Assembly: GCF_006345805.1 (NCBI RefSeq)
Contig: NW_021836155.1
Coordinates: 1 to 64,000 of the forward strand
Source: Octopus sinensis
Taxonomy: Eukaryota
Direction: 5' to 3'
Length of the DNA stretch: 64,000 nucleotides
The stretch's first letter is position 1, and each line of letters begins with the position of its first letter. The notes beneath the pieces are model-generated. The model did no database searches, was not told the origin of the DNA, and saw only the letters and a list, made by a program, of their open reading frames with translations. Below, piece by piece: positions 1 to 13,756 of this stretch. The position numbers and the translations under genes are program-made.

Positions 1-64
1 TTTCATGCAGCAGTTATACAAAAGTTTTTCATTAAGATTTGCAAATTAAATCAACAGGTAAGGT

Positions 65-530
65 TAATCCTTAAATCCTAAAATCCTTAAAAATGTTTTA
101 GCCCGAATGCCGCGGCCATGCTGGGGCACCACCGCTGAATGAGCTACACTAATATGTGAATCCACCTCTGATATGTGGCACTTGGTCAACAATGGAGTTC
201 AATGCCGCTACCCGCATCTGTATCTCCTGTTGTGAGGTAGGTTCATCTGGGACCCCCGACAAGAAGAGATCCAGTTTAGTTTTAAAGAAACCCACATCCA
301 CACCATGTAAGTCTCTCAGGCATTTAGGGAGGATGTTAAAGAGCTGTGGTCCTCTGAAACCCAAGCTGTTGCAGTATCTGGTCCTGTATTTTGATGGTGA
401 TGTTGGAAACTTTGGCACCATGCAGTGGCACCCCATTCTGCAATTGGGTTAACTTTGTATGCCAAAGTTTGGGACAAGACCCTCCAGGATCTTCCAGATG
501 TATATCACCGCATATCTCTCCCGCCTTCGT
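65..530 (-). mobile_element. 3' end of a CR1/L2-group LINE (RT C-terminus, 3'UTR, short repeat tail), pseudogenised
   Basis: Minus-strand translation RRRERYAVIYIWKILEGLVPNFG*...NSLGFRGPQLFNILPKCLRD...FKTKLDLFLSGVPDEP...NSIVDQ resembles CR1-group ORF2 C-termini; followed by GGTGCCCCAGCATGGCCGC and AGGATTT(A) repeats. Confidence 0.8.
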
Positions 531-1122
531 TATAATGAATTTGTCATTTTTGATGGGTGTGCAGTGTTCACCTAGCACACCTGGGTTACACATCCCGGTC
601 TGTGCTATCACCATTGCAATCACCAATAGCAATATTTCTATCGGGGACTAACATTACTGCTACACCACCCACACCACCACCTCCAATTCGACCCTTGTTC
701 TATGTATGCATGAGTTTATGTTTCACCTCCCAATGCCAAGAGTAATCCTGTGTATACAGAGCTTTTAACTAAAGATTTAAGAGACCATTGTCATGGTTCA
801 GTCAAACACACGACACGCAAAAAAAACACACACAAACACACACACACACAAACACAGACACACACATATATCTGGTTTCAAATGGCTGCAAAGAAGCAAA
901 TTTAAACACAGCCACTGCCATTGAATACTCTTTCTTCTTATTTCTTTCTTCATATTATTATCACATGCACGCACACACACACACACATTTATGACTACAC
1001 ACATATACATATATATGTGTATACACACACACACATATATATATGTATATGTATACATATACACAAACATATACACACATACATACATTTATATTTATAT
1101 ACAAAGACACATATATAAATTT

Positions 1123-1164
<42 letters not shown>

Positions 1165-1165
<1 letters not shown>

Positions 1166-1380
1166 ACAATTTAGGAGTGACCTTAACAGGCATTCGTCCA
1201 CCAGAAAGAGCAGCCATAACTCACACCGCCAAGTAGTAGTAATTCAGTGGACGAATGCCTGTTAAGGTCACTCCTAAATTGTTATATTTATATATTTAGT
1301 CTTTGACTATTTTCTCTTTTCCCACGGCCCTGGTAGCGATAAATTTCTATTGAATTTTTTGCTACCCTAAATTGACTAAT
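1165..1380. repeat. Small element in a (TA)n tract with a perfect 37-bp inverted repeat (1165-1201/1247-1283)
   Basis: aacaatttaggagtgaccttaacaggcattcgtccac is the exact reverse complement of 1247-1283; 45-bp spacer; TA runs on both sides. Confidence 0.85.
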
Positions 1381-1465
1381 ATATATATATACATATATAT
1401 ACACAAACATATACACACACACACTCACATATATATAGACAAACATACATACATTTATATATAAT

Positions 1466-2090
1466 CTCATCAATCATCATCATCGTTTAACGTCCGCTTC
1501 CATGCTAGCATGGGTTGGACGGTTCAACTGGGGTCTGGCAGCCCGAAGGCTGCACCAGGCCAGTCAGATCTGGCAGTGTTTCCAGAGGATGCCCTTCCTA
1601 ACGCCAACACTCCGAGAGTGTAGTGGGTGATTTTATGTGCCACCGACACAGGTGCCAGACGAGGCTGGCAGACGCCACGCTCGGATGGTGTTTTTTATGT
1701 GCCACCGAACAGGTGCCAGACGAGGCTGGCTGACGGCCAGCTCGGATGGTGTTTTCTTATGTGTCACCAACACAGTGCCAGACGGGGTTGGCGGACGGCC
1801 ACGCTCGGATGGTGTTGTTACGTGCCTTCAGCACGGAGGCCAGTCGTTGCGGTACTGGCTACGATCACGTTCGGATGTTTTTCTTATGTGCCACCGGCAC
1901 TGGTACCACAAGGATAAAATTCCATTGATGTTCATCTATTTTGATTTGGTTCGATTTGATTGATTTGATTTGATTCTCACTTGCCTCAACAGGTCTTCAC
2001 AAGTGTCACAAGAAGGAAGGTATTGCACAGGTGGACTGACTACGTCCCAGGTAGGGGCCACGGATTATGGCTTCACTAGTCATGCGGGTC
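1466..2090 (-). mobile_element. 5'-truncated RTE-like LINE 3' region with ~60-bp internal tandem modules and (GAT)n tail
   Basis: Family motifs ccatgctagcatgg, gaagggcatcc, repeated ttttatgtgccacc modules; the same family follows an RTE-like ORF end at 50205-50500. Confidence 0.75.
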
Positions 2091-2117
2091 TTCCAGATGT
2101 ATATCACCGCAATATAT

Positions 2118-2150
<33 letters not shown>

Positions 2151-2232
2151 TATATTATGTATGTATGTAATATATATTTATTTATTATATATATATATAT
2201 ATATATATACCAACACACATATACATACGTTA

Positions 2233-2264
<32 letters not shown>

Positions 2265-2599
2265 ATACATGCACACACACACACACACATATAAACACAC
2301 ATATATAAGCTTATAAATAATATAGATGTGTACACATCTGCACCCATTCACACATAGAAAAAGACGTGCTTGTTGCTATGTTTATTCAAGGCCATTGCTT
2401 ATTGACAGCACGCAACACATGCAGGTATAAGCTTGCGTATGCGATGTGTCCTAAGGTGTGTGTGTGTGTCTATGCATGTGTGGGCATGTGCATCTGTGCG
2501 AGTGAAAGTGTGTGTCTGTTTGTGTGTATATAATTGTCTATGCATTTATTTATTCAGGGTGGGTGCACGGATGTTTTGTGAGTGTGTGTGTGTTTATGT

Positions 2600-2979
2600 A
2601 TGTGAGTATGTGTAAGTGTGTGTGTGTGTGTGTGTAAGTTTTTATGAGTATGTAAGTGTGCGTGTGTGTGTGTGTGTGTGTGTGCATAAATGTTCTAGTG
2701 TGTGTGTGATTATGTGTGTGTGTTTGTGTGTAAGTTTATGAGTATGTAAGTGTGCGTGTGTGTGTGCTGTGTGTGTTGTGTGCATAAATGTTCTAGTGTG
2801 TGTTGTGTGTGTATGTGTGTGAGATGTGTCTAGTGTGTGGTGTGTGTGGTGGTGTGTGTTGCATAAATGTTCTAGTGTGTGTGTGTGTGGTTGGTGCATA
2901 AATGTTCTAGTGTGTGTGTGTGTGTGTGTGTGTGATAATGTCTAAGTGTGTGTGTGTGTGTGTGTGTGTGCATAATGTT

Positions 2980-3014
<35 letters not shown>

Positions 3015-3145
3015 ATAAATGTTCTAGTGTGTGTGTGTGTGTGTGTGTGCATAAATGTTCTAGTGTGTGTGTGATTATGTGTGTGTGTTTGTGTGTAAGT
3101 TTTTATGAGTATGTAAGTGTGCGTGTGTGTGCATAAATGTTCTAG
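2600..3145. repeat. Compound (GT)n minisatellite with recurring gcataaatgttctag
   Basis: About 9 copies of gcataaatgttctagtgtgtg separated by variable GT runs. Confidence 0.85.
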
Positions 3146-3298
3146 TGTGTGTGTGTGTGTGTGGATGTGAGTGCTTACATGTTTGTGAATGTTTGTATGT
3201 GTTTATTTATGTGTGTGTGTTTGGGTATCTGTGAATTTGTTTCATTGAGTGTGTGTGTGTGTGTGTGTGTCAGTCTGTCTGTCTGTCTGTCTCAATAG

Positions 3299-3333
<35 letters not shown>

Positions 3334-3589
3334 CAAATGCTTGTGTCTGCATGTGTCAGTGTTTGTATGCTTTGATTGTTTGTGCATGCGTGCATGTGTG
3401 TGTGTGTGTGTGGTGTGTGTATGGGCACACAGATACATCAAGGTGCATTTGCATGCACAACTGTCTGCATCTATGTGAGTGCACGCAAGGGTGCATATAT
3501 GCGTGGGCGTGAGTAAGACAGTGTGTGAGAGAGAGAGAGAGCACAAAAGAAGAGTGAAGCCTATGTGAGGGTCTATCTCCTTGTTCGTA

Positions 3590-3636
3590 TCTACATACAT
3601 ACATATATATATATATATATACACACATATATATAT

Positions 3637-3667
<31 letters not shown>

Positions 3668-3846
3668 TACACATATATATATATACATATATATACATAT
3701 ATATATATATATATAATACACATATATATATATACATATATATACATATATATACATATACATATATATAATATACATTATAATATACATTACATAAATT
3801 ATATATATATATATATACATATAATATATATATATATATACATACA

Positions 3847-3912
<66 letters not shown>

Positions 3913-4457
3913 CTATATATATACATATATAATATAAATATATATACATATATATATATATATATCTATATACATAATATATATATATATATACACATAC
4001 ATATATATATATATATATACAATATATATTATATATAATATATATACATACATATATATATATATAATATACATATAATATATATATACATATACATATA
4101 TATATACATATACCTATTATAATATATATATATATACATATACATATATATATATATATACATACATATATATATATAATATACATTATACATATATATA
4201 TATATATATATACATTAGATATTATATAAAAATATATATATATATATACATATATATATAACATATATATAATATATACATAATATATATATACATATAT
4301 ATATATACATATATATCAATATATAATATATTACATATATATACATATATATATATATACTATATAATATATATATATATATATATACATATATATATTA
4401 TATATACATAAGATACCATATAATATATAATATACATACATATAATATATAATATAC

Positions 4458-4489
<32 letters not shown>

Positions 4490-4503
4490 ACATATACATA
4501 TAC

Positions 4504-4557
<54 letters not shown>

Positions 4558-4565
4558 TATACATA
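3590..4565. repeat. ~1-kb imperfect (TA)n/(TACA) microsatellite
   Basis: Seen directly. Confidence 0.95.
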
Positions 4566-5239
4566 CACACACATGCACTCACATGCATGTGTATATAGGC
4601 CTAGCAAATCTGTAATGACCTTGAGTGCATAAAGAAGCTAATAGAAGTTGGTTGTTGACCACATAATAAAAGGAGAAAAAAAAATCAAATAACAAAATAG
4701 AAGAAAAACCTATGTAGGAGTCGGAGAGCACTGAATGACACGCTAAACGGTTACTGTCCATCTCTGAACAGTATAAACCTCATCAGACAAGGCTTGGTCA
4801 GTTGGGTTGGTTGGTCAGTTGGCTAGCTGGCTGGCTGGCTGGCTGCTCAGTTGGTTGGTTAGCTGGTTGGTCAGCTGTTACTATAGTAAACCAGCATAAA
4901 AAGAAAAGTTCACACAGTGCAAGATGTCTATGATGATATATATATATATTATATATATATGTATATATATATATATATATGTATGTGTATGTGTGTATGT
5001 ATTTATCTGTGTGTGTATATGTGTGTGTGTGTGTGTATATTTTCGTGTGTGTATTTGTTTGCAATGAAGAGCAGAAAGAATGCCAAATTGTCCAATAAAA
5101 AAGGTTGCCCTATTTTGCTTGTCCGATATTTCGATATTTCGTGCAGGGATGACCTTCATCGGATGATGTTGCCTTGTCTGAAACTGTAGAAGACATAGCT
5201 TGTTCCTTGTATGGATGGCGGGGGGGGGGAAGCTACTAT

Positions 5240-5730
5240 ATCATCATTGTCATCATCATCATCATCATTACCATCATCAATCACCAACATTTTCATCATC
5301 ATCATCATGAATACCATTATCATCATTATCATCACAATCACCACCATCATTGTCATCACCAACAATATCATCATCATCATCATCATCATCACCACCACCA
5401 CCACCGTTACAATCACCATCATCATCTTTCACCTCCTCTTCCTCCTTCGCCTCACCATTACCATCACGAACGTTTTCATCATCATCATCATCGCCATCAC
5501 CATCATCACCATTACCACCATCATCACCATCATCGTCATCAACATCTCCATCACCAGCAATATCATCAGCATCATTATCCTCATCATCTCACCACCATTC
5601 CAATCATCATCATCTTGATCACCACCATTTTCTACCACCTCTTCCTCCTCCTCATCATCACCTGCATCACCACTATCATCACCACCAACAACAACAACTT
5701 CATCACTATCATCATCATCAACAACAACAA
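5240..5730. repeat. (CAT/CAC)n low-complexity tract
   Basis: Seen directly; source of the poly-H/S/I ORFs. Confidence 0.9.
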
Positions 5731-6055
5731 TCCCTGGACATTACTATCTCAAGTGTTTGGATCCACGGGGCTGGTCACTCGGTGTCCATCATATTTTCCT
5801 TGAGTAGACTGGAGCAATGTGGAGTGAAGTGTTTTGCTCAAGAACACTTAAAGAACACAAAGCACCACTCTGTTCAGCCATGACCATCCCATCTTAAGGA
5901 CTACATGATATGGTGCTTAGAATTGTGGAACGCAGAAGTTTTGAGGGAGTATCGGCTGCTTTTTCTAGCAGATTGGATGACCAGGCAGAGACTTGATTAT
6001 CCACTTGCTCTCCAGTTGTGTCTTATAGTTGATGCTGCTGCTGCTGTTGTTGCTG

Positions 6056-6390
6056 TTGAGCGAAGCGGTCTTCGTCCCAGAGTGGGAGAAATCCGAAAGG
6101 TGGTCCTTTGCTATTTGTAAGACCCGCAGAAGAGAAAGCAGGTCAACCCCCGACACCAAGAGCATCGACGGATGGATGAATGCGCATCCAGGCTCAGCGG
6201 TTGCATTGGAAGTCGGGGATAAGAAGCAGGAAGAAAGAGTAAGAGAAAGTTGGAGCGAAAGAGTACAACAGGGGTCGCCACCACCCACTGCCGGAGCGTC
6301 GTGGAGCTTTAGGTGTTTTCGCTCAATAAACACACACAACGCCCGGTCTGCGAGTCCGCTGCCCTAACCATTGGGCCATTGTGCCTCCAC
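6056..6390 (-). mobile_element. tRNA-headed SINE, apparently lacking the B-box region
   Basis: Minus strand starts gtggaggcacaatggcccaatggttagggcagcggactcgc (tRNA-like A box), similar to the heads at 53890/54140; sits in a (GCT)/(GTT) tract. Confidence 0.6.
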
Positions 6391-7429
6391 TGCTGCTGCT
6401 GCTGTTGTTGTTGTTGTTGTTGGTGGGGTGGTGGTGGTGATAGTGGTTGGCCCTAGGTCAGAACCGATCCACTAGCAGACATGTTACTAACACTAATGAT
6501 TGGCAGACAGAGCAGTAGACAGGCAGATAAGAGGTGGACTGGAGAATAAGAGGTGGGCAGATAGGGCAGAAGATGGGTAGAATCAGTTGGTCATCAGTTG
6601 GACAAAATGGCTGGTGATTTTAGATGCTTTTACATTCAAAGTTCAAACCACACTAACATCAACATTGCTTTCTATCATTCCAGAGGTTGATTAAAATAAA
6701 TTGATAATTAAGTATCTTAATCAACATAAATGACTTAACTCATTTCTAAAATCACATTCGTGGGTGTATTCTTATATTAGAGATCAATGGATTGAGGATA
6801 AATTCCTCTGTTCATAGCACTAATTTTGGAGACCTTATAACAAGAAAAGAAAGGCTATAGTAGAAGACACTTGCTTGAGGTGCCATGCAGTGGGACTGAA
6901 CCTGGAACCATGTGGTTGGTAAGCAAGCTACTTACCACACAGCCACTCCAATATATTTAAAAAAAATTTTTTTTTTTATCTAGTTTCAGCTCATGAGCGG
7001 TGGCCATGCTGGGGCACCGCCATTTATGTATGTATGTATGTATATATATTTACACACATACATATTACAGAATGCACACATAAACAGATGACAAGCATAC
7101 ACAAACACACATTAGGGCATGCACAGAGATACACAATAGACATACATGCACACATACAGACCCTGACACACACATCATACACATGCCGCATGACAGACAT
7201 ACACACAAACACACACTCGCACCAAAGGACACATGCAAGAAACACATCATACACTCTCCAAATCACAGACATGCATTTAAATGCTCACACTCACACACAC
7301 ATACACATCACAGCTAGAACACACACACACACTACAGCATGTGCACATAGACACACCATACGCAGACACTTCCATACACACCACACGGCTTGGACATAAA
7401 ATACACATCGCACACATGTTTATGCATAA

Positions 7430-7463
<34 letters not shown>

Positions 7464-7509
7464 GGTGTTGTTGGCACTGAGCATCATGTGTGTGTGTGTG
7501 TGTGTGTGT

Positions 7510-7709
7510 ATTTACTCTTTTACTTGTTTCAGTCATGTGACTGCGGCCATGCTGGAGCACCGCCTTTAGTCGAACAAATCGACCCCGAGGATTTATTCTT
7601 TGTAAAGCCTAGTAATTATTCTATCGGTCTCTTTTGATGAACCGTTAAGTTCATGAAACATACCAGCATTGGTTGTCAAGTGACAGTCATGGGACAAACA
7701 GACACACAA

Positions 7710-7710
<1 letters not shown>
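7510..7710 (-). mobile_element. SINE family A 3' half (part of an inverted duplication with 10455-10695)
   Basis: Tail ggcggtgctccagcatggccgcagtcacatgactgaaacaagtaaaagag on the minus strand. Confidence 0.85.
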
Positions 7711-7748
<38 letters not shown>

Positions 7749-7822
7749 CACTTACAAACATACACATATACACAAACTAACATACATACAGTCTGATACA
7801 AATATACACATATACACACTTA

Positions 7823-7862
<40 letters not shown>

Positions 7863-9009
7863 GCACCAAACACACAATGTACTCAAACACACAACATACT
7901 TCCATATCTACAGGTATGGATAGAGAAACACACCCAAAGGCCGCCCTCCACATCCCACCTTTACACTCATACCTCCACTCCACTCCACACCATACTGACC
8001 ATACTGGACTCTACACAAAGCACACCACACCCCCCTTCCACCTGTCCTTCATTCAAATTCAGTCCTTCAAAGCTGTGGGGCCATAAAATTTCAATGAGGT
8101 GCGCCACACCTGATGCCGGCATTGTTGCTGGCTGCACACACATTTCTTCCACCTGACAAACCTTTCGACCACGCACATACACCTGATGCTCTCGGTCGCC
8201 GCCATCACCACCACCACCACCACACCACCGTCACCACCACTGTCACCACCAGTACCACCACCACTGTCACCACCACCACCACCGTCACCACCACCACCAC
8301 CGTCACCACCACCACCACCGTCACCAAGGTCGCTGTTACCACCACGATCGACAGCGGCAACAACATTATATTCAAACACACTGACACACCTGGCATTCAT
8401 TGTACTCACATAAAAATACACGCACACACACACACACGGGCACGCGCAAACACAGATACACATATACAAATACACACACACATACACATACACACCTATG
8501 CATATACACACATAGATACACACACAGATATACACATATAAACACACGCACACATACAAACACTCATACATACAAACACACAGACACATACAAACACACA
8601 TGCATACACTCACACATACGTACACACATACGAATACACACACACACACATAGGCACACTCACACACTCACACACACCACCGCTACCACCACCACCAACA
8701 ACAACAACAACAGCAATAACAAGAACATTATGTAGAAACACATGCACACACCTGTCGCTTATTAGCATGACTAATGACCACAAACTGTGTTACACACACA
8801 TACACACACACACATACATACACACATAGACCTACAGACATGCACACACCTGTAGCTCACTACCACCACCGCAACCACTACCATCACCAACAATATTATG
8901 CACAAACACACCTGACATTCCTTACTGCTACTAACGACCAGTAACAACACACACACACACACAAATACACACACATACACACATGCACCTACAAACATAC
9001 GCATATACA

Positions 9010-9490
9010 CACACTAACACCCATACAGACTGATACAAATATACACATATACACACTTATACATATATATACACACACACACACGCACTTACAAACATAC
9101 ACACACTAACACACATACAGACTGATACAAATACACACTTATACATATATACACACACACACCAACACACACACATACACACATGCACTTACAAACATAC
9201 ACATATACACACACTAACACACATACAGACTGATACAAATATACACATATACACACTTATACATATACACACACATACACATACACACATACACACATGC
9301 ACTTGCAAACATACCCATATACACAAACTAACACACATACAGACTGATACAAATATACACATATACACACTTATACATATACACACACACACACACATAC
9401 ACACATGCACTTGCAAACATACCCATATACACAAACTAACACACATACAGACTGATACAAATATACGCATATACACACTTATACATTTAT
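9010..9490. repeat. CA-rich minisatellite (acacatacagactgatacaaatatacacatatacacacttat), ~5 copies plus one near 7785
   Basis: Direct tandem copies. Confidence 0.8.
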
Positions 9491-9729
9491 ATACACACAC
9501 ACGCAGAAACAAACACACAATCAGACACAGACACATATATACATACCCATTAATGCATTATACATCCACATACATATATACAGGAACATATATATACACA
9601 CATAGTCATACATACATGCATGCCAATACACATACATATACATACATATACCTGTTCATACATACACACACAGATACAAACGAACGCACACATATACACA
9701 TACATATATGCTTATACATATCTCTTTCT

Positions 9730-10154
9730 CTTTTTCTCTTTTATTTCTTTCAGTCATTTGACTGTGGCCATGCTGGAGCACCACCTTTTAGTCGAGCAAA
9801 TCGACCCCAAGGCTTATTCTGTGTGTGTCAGGGTAAGTACTTTGTAAGTACTTATTCTATCGGTCTCTTTTGCCAAACCGCTAAGTTACGGAGACGTAAA
9901 CACACCAGCATCAGTTGTCAAGCAATGTTGGGGGGCGGACAAACACAGACGACAAACATACACACATAGATATACATATACATATATGTACGACGGGCTT
10001 CGTTCAGTTTCCGTCTACCAAATCCACTCACAAGGCTTTGGTCGGCCCGGGGCTATAGTAGAAGACACTTGCCCAAGGTGCCACGCAGTGGGACTGAACC
10101 CGGAACCATGTGGTTGGTAAGCAAGCTACTTACCACACAGCCACTCCTACGCCT
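9730..10154 (-). mobile_element. SINE family A, full length (tRNA-derived head, central TA/TG tract, LINE-like tail)
   Basis: Head ggagtggctgtgtggtaag (A box) and gggttcagtccc (B box); ccttgggcaag CORE-like motif; ends aaaagag. Confidence 0.9.
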
Positions 10155-10260
10155 ATACATCCATACATACACAAATACAAAGACAATTGCACATACATCC
10201 ACATACATATACATACACACATATACCAGCTCATACATACATGCACACACACATACACAA

Positions 10261-10417
10261 AGGTATGGCTGGGTGGTAAAAAGCTTGCTTCCCAACCACA
10301 TGGTTCCGGGTTCAGTCCCACTGCATGGCACATTGGGTAAGTGTCTTCTACAACACTCTCAGGCTGACCAAAGCCTTATGAGAAGATTTGGTAGCTGGAA
10401 ACTGAAAGAAGCCTGTC

Positions 10418-10449
<32 letters not shown>

Positions 10450-10648
10450 ATTTGTGTGTCTGTTTGTCCCATGACCATCACTTGACAACCAATGCTGGTA
10501 TGTTTCATGAACTTAACGGTTCATCAAAAGAGACCGATGGAATGATTACTAGGCTTACAAAGAATAAATCCTGGGGTCGATTTGTCCGACTAAAGGCGGT
10601 GCTCCAGCATGGCCACAGTCAAATGACTGAAACAAGTGAAAGAATAAA
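10261..10648 (+). mobile_element. SINE family A, diverged copy
   Basis: Same head, body and tail motifs. Confidence 0.85.
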
Positions 10649-11477
10649 TACACACACACACACACACACACACACATGATGCTCAGTGCCAACACCACCA
10701 CCACAACTACCACCGCTACTGCTACTACTACCACTACCATTTCCACCATAACCACTAATTCTGCCATCACCACCACCAAAACTACTACCAACACCACCAC
10801 CATCACTACCACAGCCACCACCCCACCACCACCACCACTGTCGCAACTACCATCACAATTCACTCAATGTACTGGTCACATGCATTTCTACTTGACCCCT
10901 TTCCAACCACCAATACACAATACCACCACCACCACCACCACCACCACCACCACAACAACAACAACAACAACAACAACAACACAACAACAATGACGACGAC
11001 GACAACAACAACAACAACAACACCACACGCACACACACCTGATGCTCATATTGTACTGCTTGCGCGCACACGTCTCTACATGATCATTATCAACCCCCAC
11101 CACCACCACTACAACAACAACAAACACCACCATTCCCATCACAGCCGCACCCAGCATCGCAACTCATAACCACAACCACAACCAGCATTACCACCACCGC
11201 CGCCACCACCGTCATCACCATCACCACTATCACAACCTACTACCACCACCATCGCCGCCGCTACTGCCACCATCACCCCCACCACCACCACCATACCACC
11301 ACTATCTTTATTGGACAAGATTCTCGTCCAGCTGAAAAGTCCATGAACAGAGGAGAAAACAATAAAAGAGAGACAGAAACGTCCCAGCCAGAACAATTGT
11401 CTCTATCTGTTTACTTCCGTTACCTTTCTCTGTATCTAACTCGTTATCTCTCTCACTCTCTCTCTAAAAAATTAACA

Positions 11478-11893
11478 CCGAAATCAATCAACATCAATGG
11501 AAATTGCAGCTGTGATACCAGTGCTGGTGGTATGTAAGAGAACCATCCGAACATGGCCGTTGCCAGCGATGCCCCGACTGGCCTCGTGCCGGTAGCATGT
11601 AAAAAGCACCATCCGATTGTAGCTGTTGCTAGCCTCACCTGGCCCCCATGCTGGTGGCACGTAAAAAGCACCATCCGATTGTGGCTGTTTGCCAAACTCG
11701 CCTGGACCTCGTGCCGGTGGCACGTAAAAAGCACCCACTACACTCATGGAGTGGTTGGCATTAGGAAGGGCATCCAGCTGTAGAAACACTGCCAGATCAG
11801 ACTGGGCCTGGTGAAGCCTCCTGGCTTCCCAGACCCCAGTTGAACCGTCCAAACCATGCTAGCATGGAAAGCGGACGCTAAACAAAGATGATG
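11478..11893 (+). mobile_element. RTE-like 3' fragment with tandem modules
   Basis: gtaaaaagcacc modules, gaagggcatccagctgtagaaac, ccatgctagcatgg, gatgatga tail. Confidence 0.8.
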
Positions 11894-11934
11894 ACACACA
11901 TGTATCATTATAATCATCATTTTTAACTTCTGCA

Positions 11935-12385
11935 AGGTGGCCGTCTGGCAGAATCATTAGCATGCCAGGCAAAATACTCAACAGTATTTCGCCCATTGCT
12001 ATTTTCTGAGTTCAGATTCCACTGAGTTCAATTTTGCCTTTCGTCCTTTCAGGGTCGATAAATTAAGTACCAGTTGAGTACTGGGGGGTCGATCTAATGG
12101 ACTGGCCCCCTCACCACAAAATCCAGGCTGTGTGCCTATACTAGAAAGGGTTATCAAATCGGTAAGATAGAATTCATTTAAGGCAGCAAGCTGGCAGAAA
12201 CGTTAGCACACCAGGCGAAATGCTTAGCGGTATTTCGTCTGCCATTACGTTCTGAGTTCAAATTCCGCCGGGGTTGGCTTTGCCCTTCATCCTTTCAGGG
12301 GCAATAAATTAAGTACCAGTTACGTACTGGGGTCGATGTAATCAACTTAATGTCCTTGTTTGTCCCCTCTATGTTTAGCCCCTTC
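11935..12385 (+). mobile_element. Two SINE family B copies (Nin/Deu-like domain)
   Basis: ggcagaa..ttagca head, gagttcaaattcc B box, cctttcatcctttcggggtcgataaattaagtaccag-type domain. Confidence 0.8.
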
Positions 12386-12557
12386 ATGTTTTGTTTTTTG
12401 CTATAACCAGATGCCCTTAATACTGCCAGCCCTTACCTATTTCCAAGCAAAGGGATATGTTTTCCACCAGAGGCTGGGAATAAACAACATCTTTTGTTTG
12501 ATAGTGAGACTTGTTTAAGACCATTCTGTGATGTCAAGAAAAAACACACACACACAT

Positions 12558-12973
12558 GCTCTTACTCTTTACTCTTTTACTTGTTTCAGTCATTTGACTG
12601 CGGCCATGCTGGAGCAACACCTTTTAGTCGAGCAAATCGACCCCAGGACTTATTCTTTGTAAGCCCAGTACTTATTCTATCGGTCTCTTTTTGCCGAACG
12701 GCTAAGTGACGGGGATGTAAACACACCAGCATCGGTTGTCAAGCGATGGTGGGAGGACAAACACAGACATACAAACATATACACACACACACATATATAT
12801 ACATATATACAACAGGATTCTTTCAGTTTCCGTCAACAAAATCCACTCACAAGGCATTGGTCGGCCCGAGGTTATAGTAGAAGACACTTGCCCAAGATGC
12901 CACGCAGTGGGATTGAACCCAGAACCATGTGGTTGGTAAGCAAGCTACTTACCACAAAGTCATTCCTGCGCCT
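12558..12973 (-). mobile_element. SINE family A, full length
   Basis: All family motifs present. Confidence 0.9.
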
Positions 12974-13590
12974 ATATACATATATATGCGTGTATATACA
13001 ACATGCATTTTTCAGTTTCTACAGACTGAATCCACTGACAAGGCTTTGATGAGCCTGGAGCTATAAGAGAATCCACTTGCCCAAGGTGCCACAAAGTGAG
13101 ACTGAACATGTGTGTAGGATTGCATGTTTGCATGTGTGTATACACATGCATGTACACATGTATGTATATAAATATATATATATATATAAATATATTGAAA
13201 AATATAAGCCTGAACTTAACCATCCTAACATTTTTATACAGAGAAACCCATCTCATTAAATAAGGAGAAAAGAAATATAAAGCGATTATCTCCCTTATAC
13301 CGGAAGAAATCGCTTATTACCTCCCCCTACCTGGAACTCTTCTTTGCACTACATAATGAAGACATGACACGATGTAGGTAAAGACATTTGAGAAATTTGA
13401 AAAGTTAACACGAAACCGGTAATTTCTTCAAAAACTATGTTACTATTTGCAAAATTTTATAACATTCTTCTAACATAACGACTTAAATATATTCTTTAAC
13501 CTTATAAAACAAGCCTTCTGTAGTTTTTTCACTCTTTTCTATTTTCTATATATCCAACCACGTGCTTTCATAGACCAACTTTCTCACATA

Positions 13591-13628
<38 letters not shown>

Positions 13629-13708
13629 AAGAGAGTTTAAGGGTTTAACCACGGTCTATATTCCCTATCTTTTCCACAATAATTCAAACTCAAATATTTT
13701 CTCACACC

Positions 13709-13756
13709 GTCTCTGAAGAAGGGGTATCCGTACTATCCCAGAAACAGCTGTAAGGC
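13709..13756 (+). ncRNA. Minimal type I hammerhead ribozyme motif in a microsatellite-flanked element
   Basis: gtct-CTGAAGA-a-ggggta(tccgtac)tatccc-a-GAAAC-agct-GTA-aggc; palindromic stem III ACAGCTGT; A.A mismatch at the base of stem II. Confidence 0.7.

Noticed and set aside
4735-4792. Minus-strand CTGATGA plus long stem II (HHR-like)
   Set aside because: GAAA is replaced by GTTT and stem I is unsupported; at best a dead relic.
5120-5165. Minus-strand ccgatga..gaaatatc HHR-like motif
   Set aside because: Core deviates and stems I and II do not pair convincingly.
13270-13430. GAAACCGGTA palindrome and aagcgatt/aatcgctt hairpin
   Set aside because: No CUGANGA or compatible stems found upstream.
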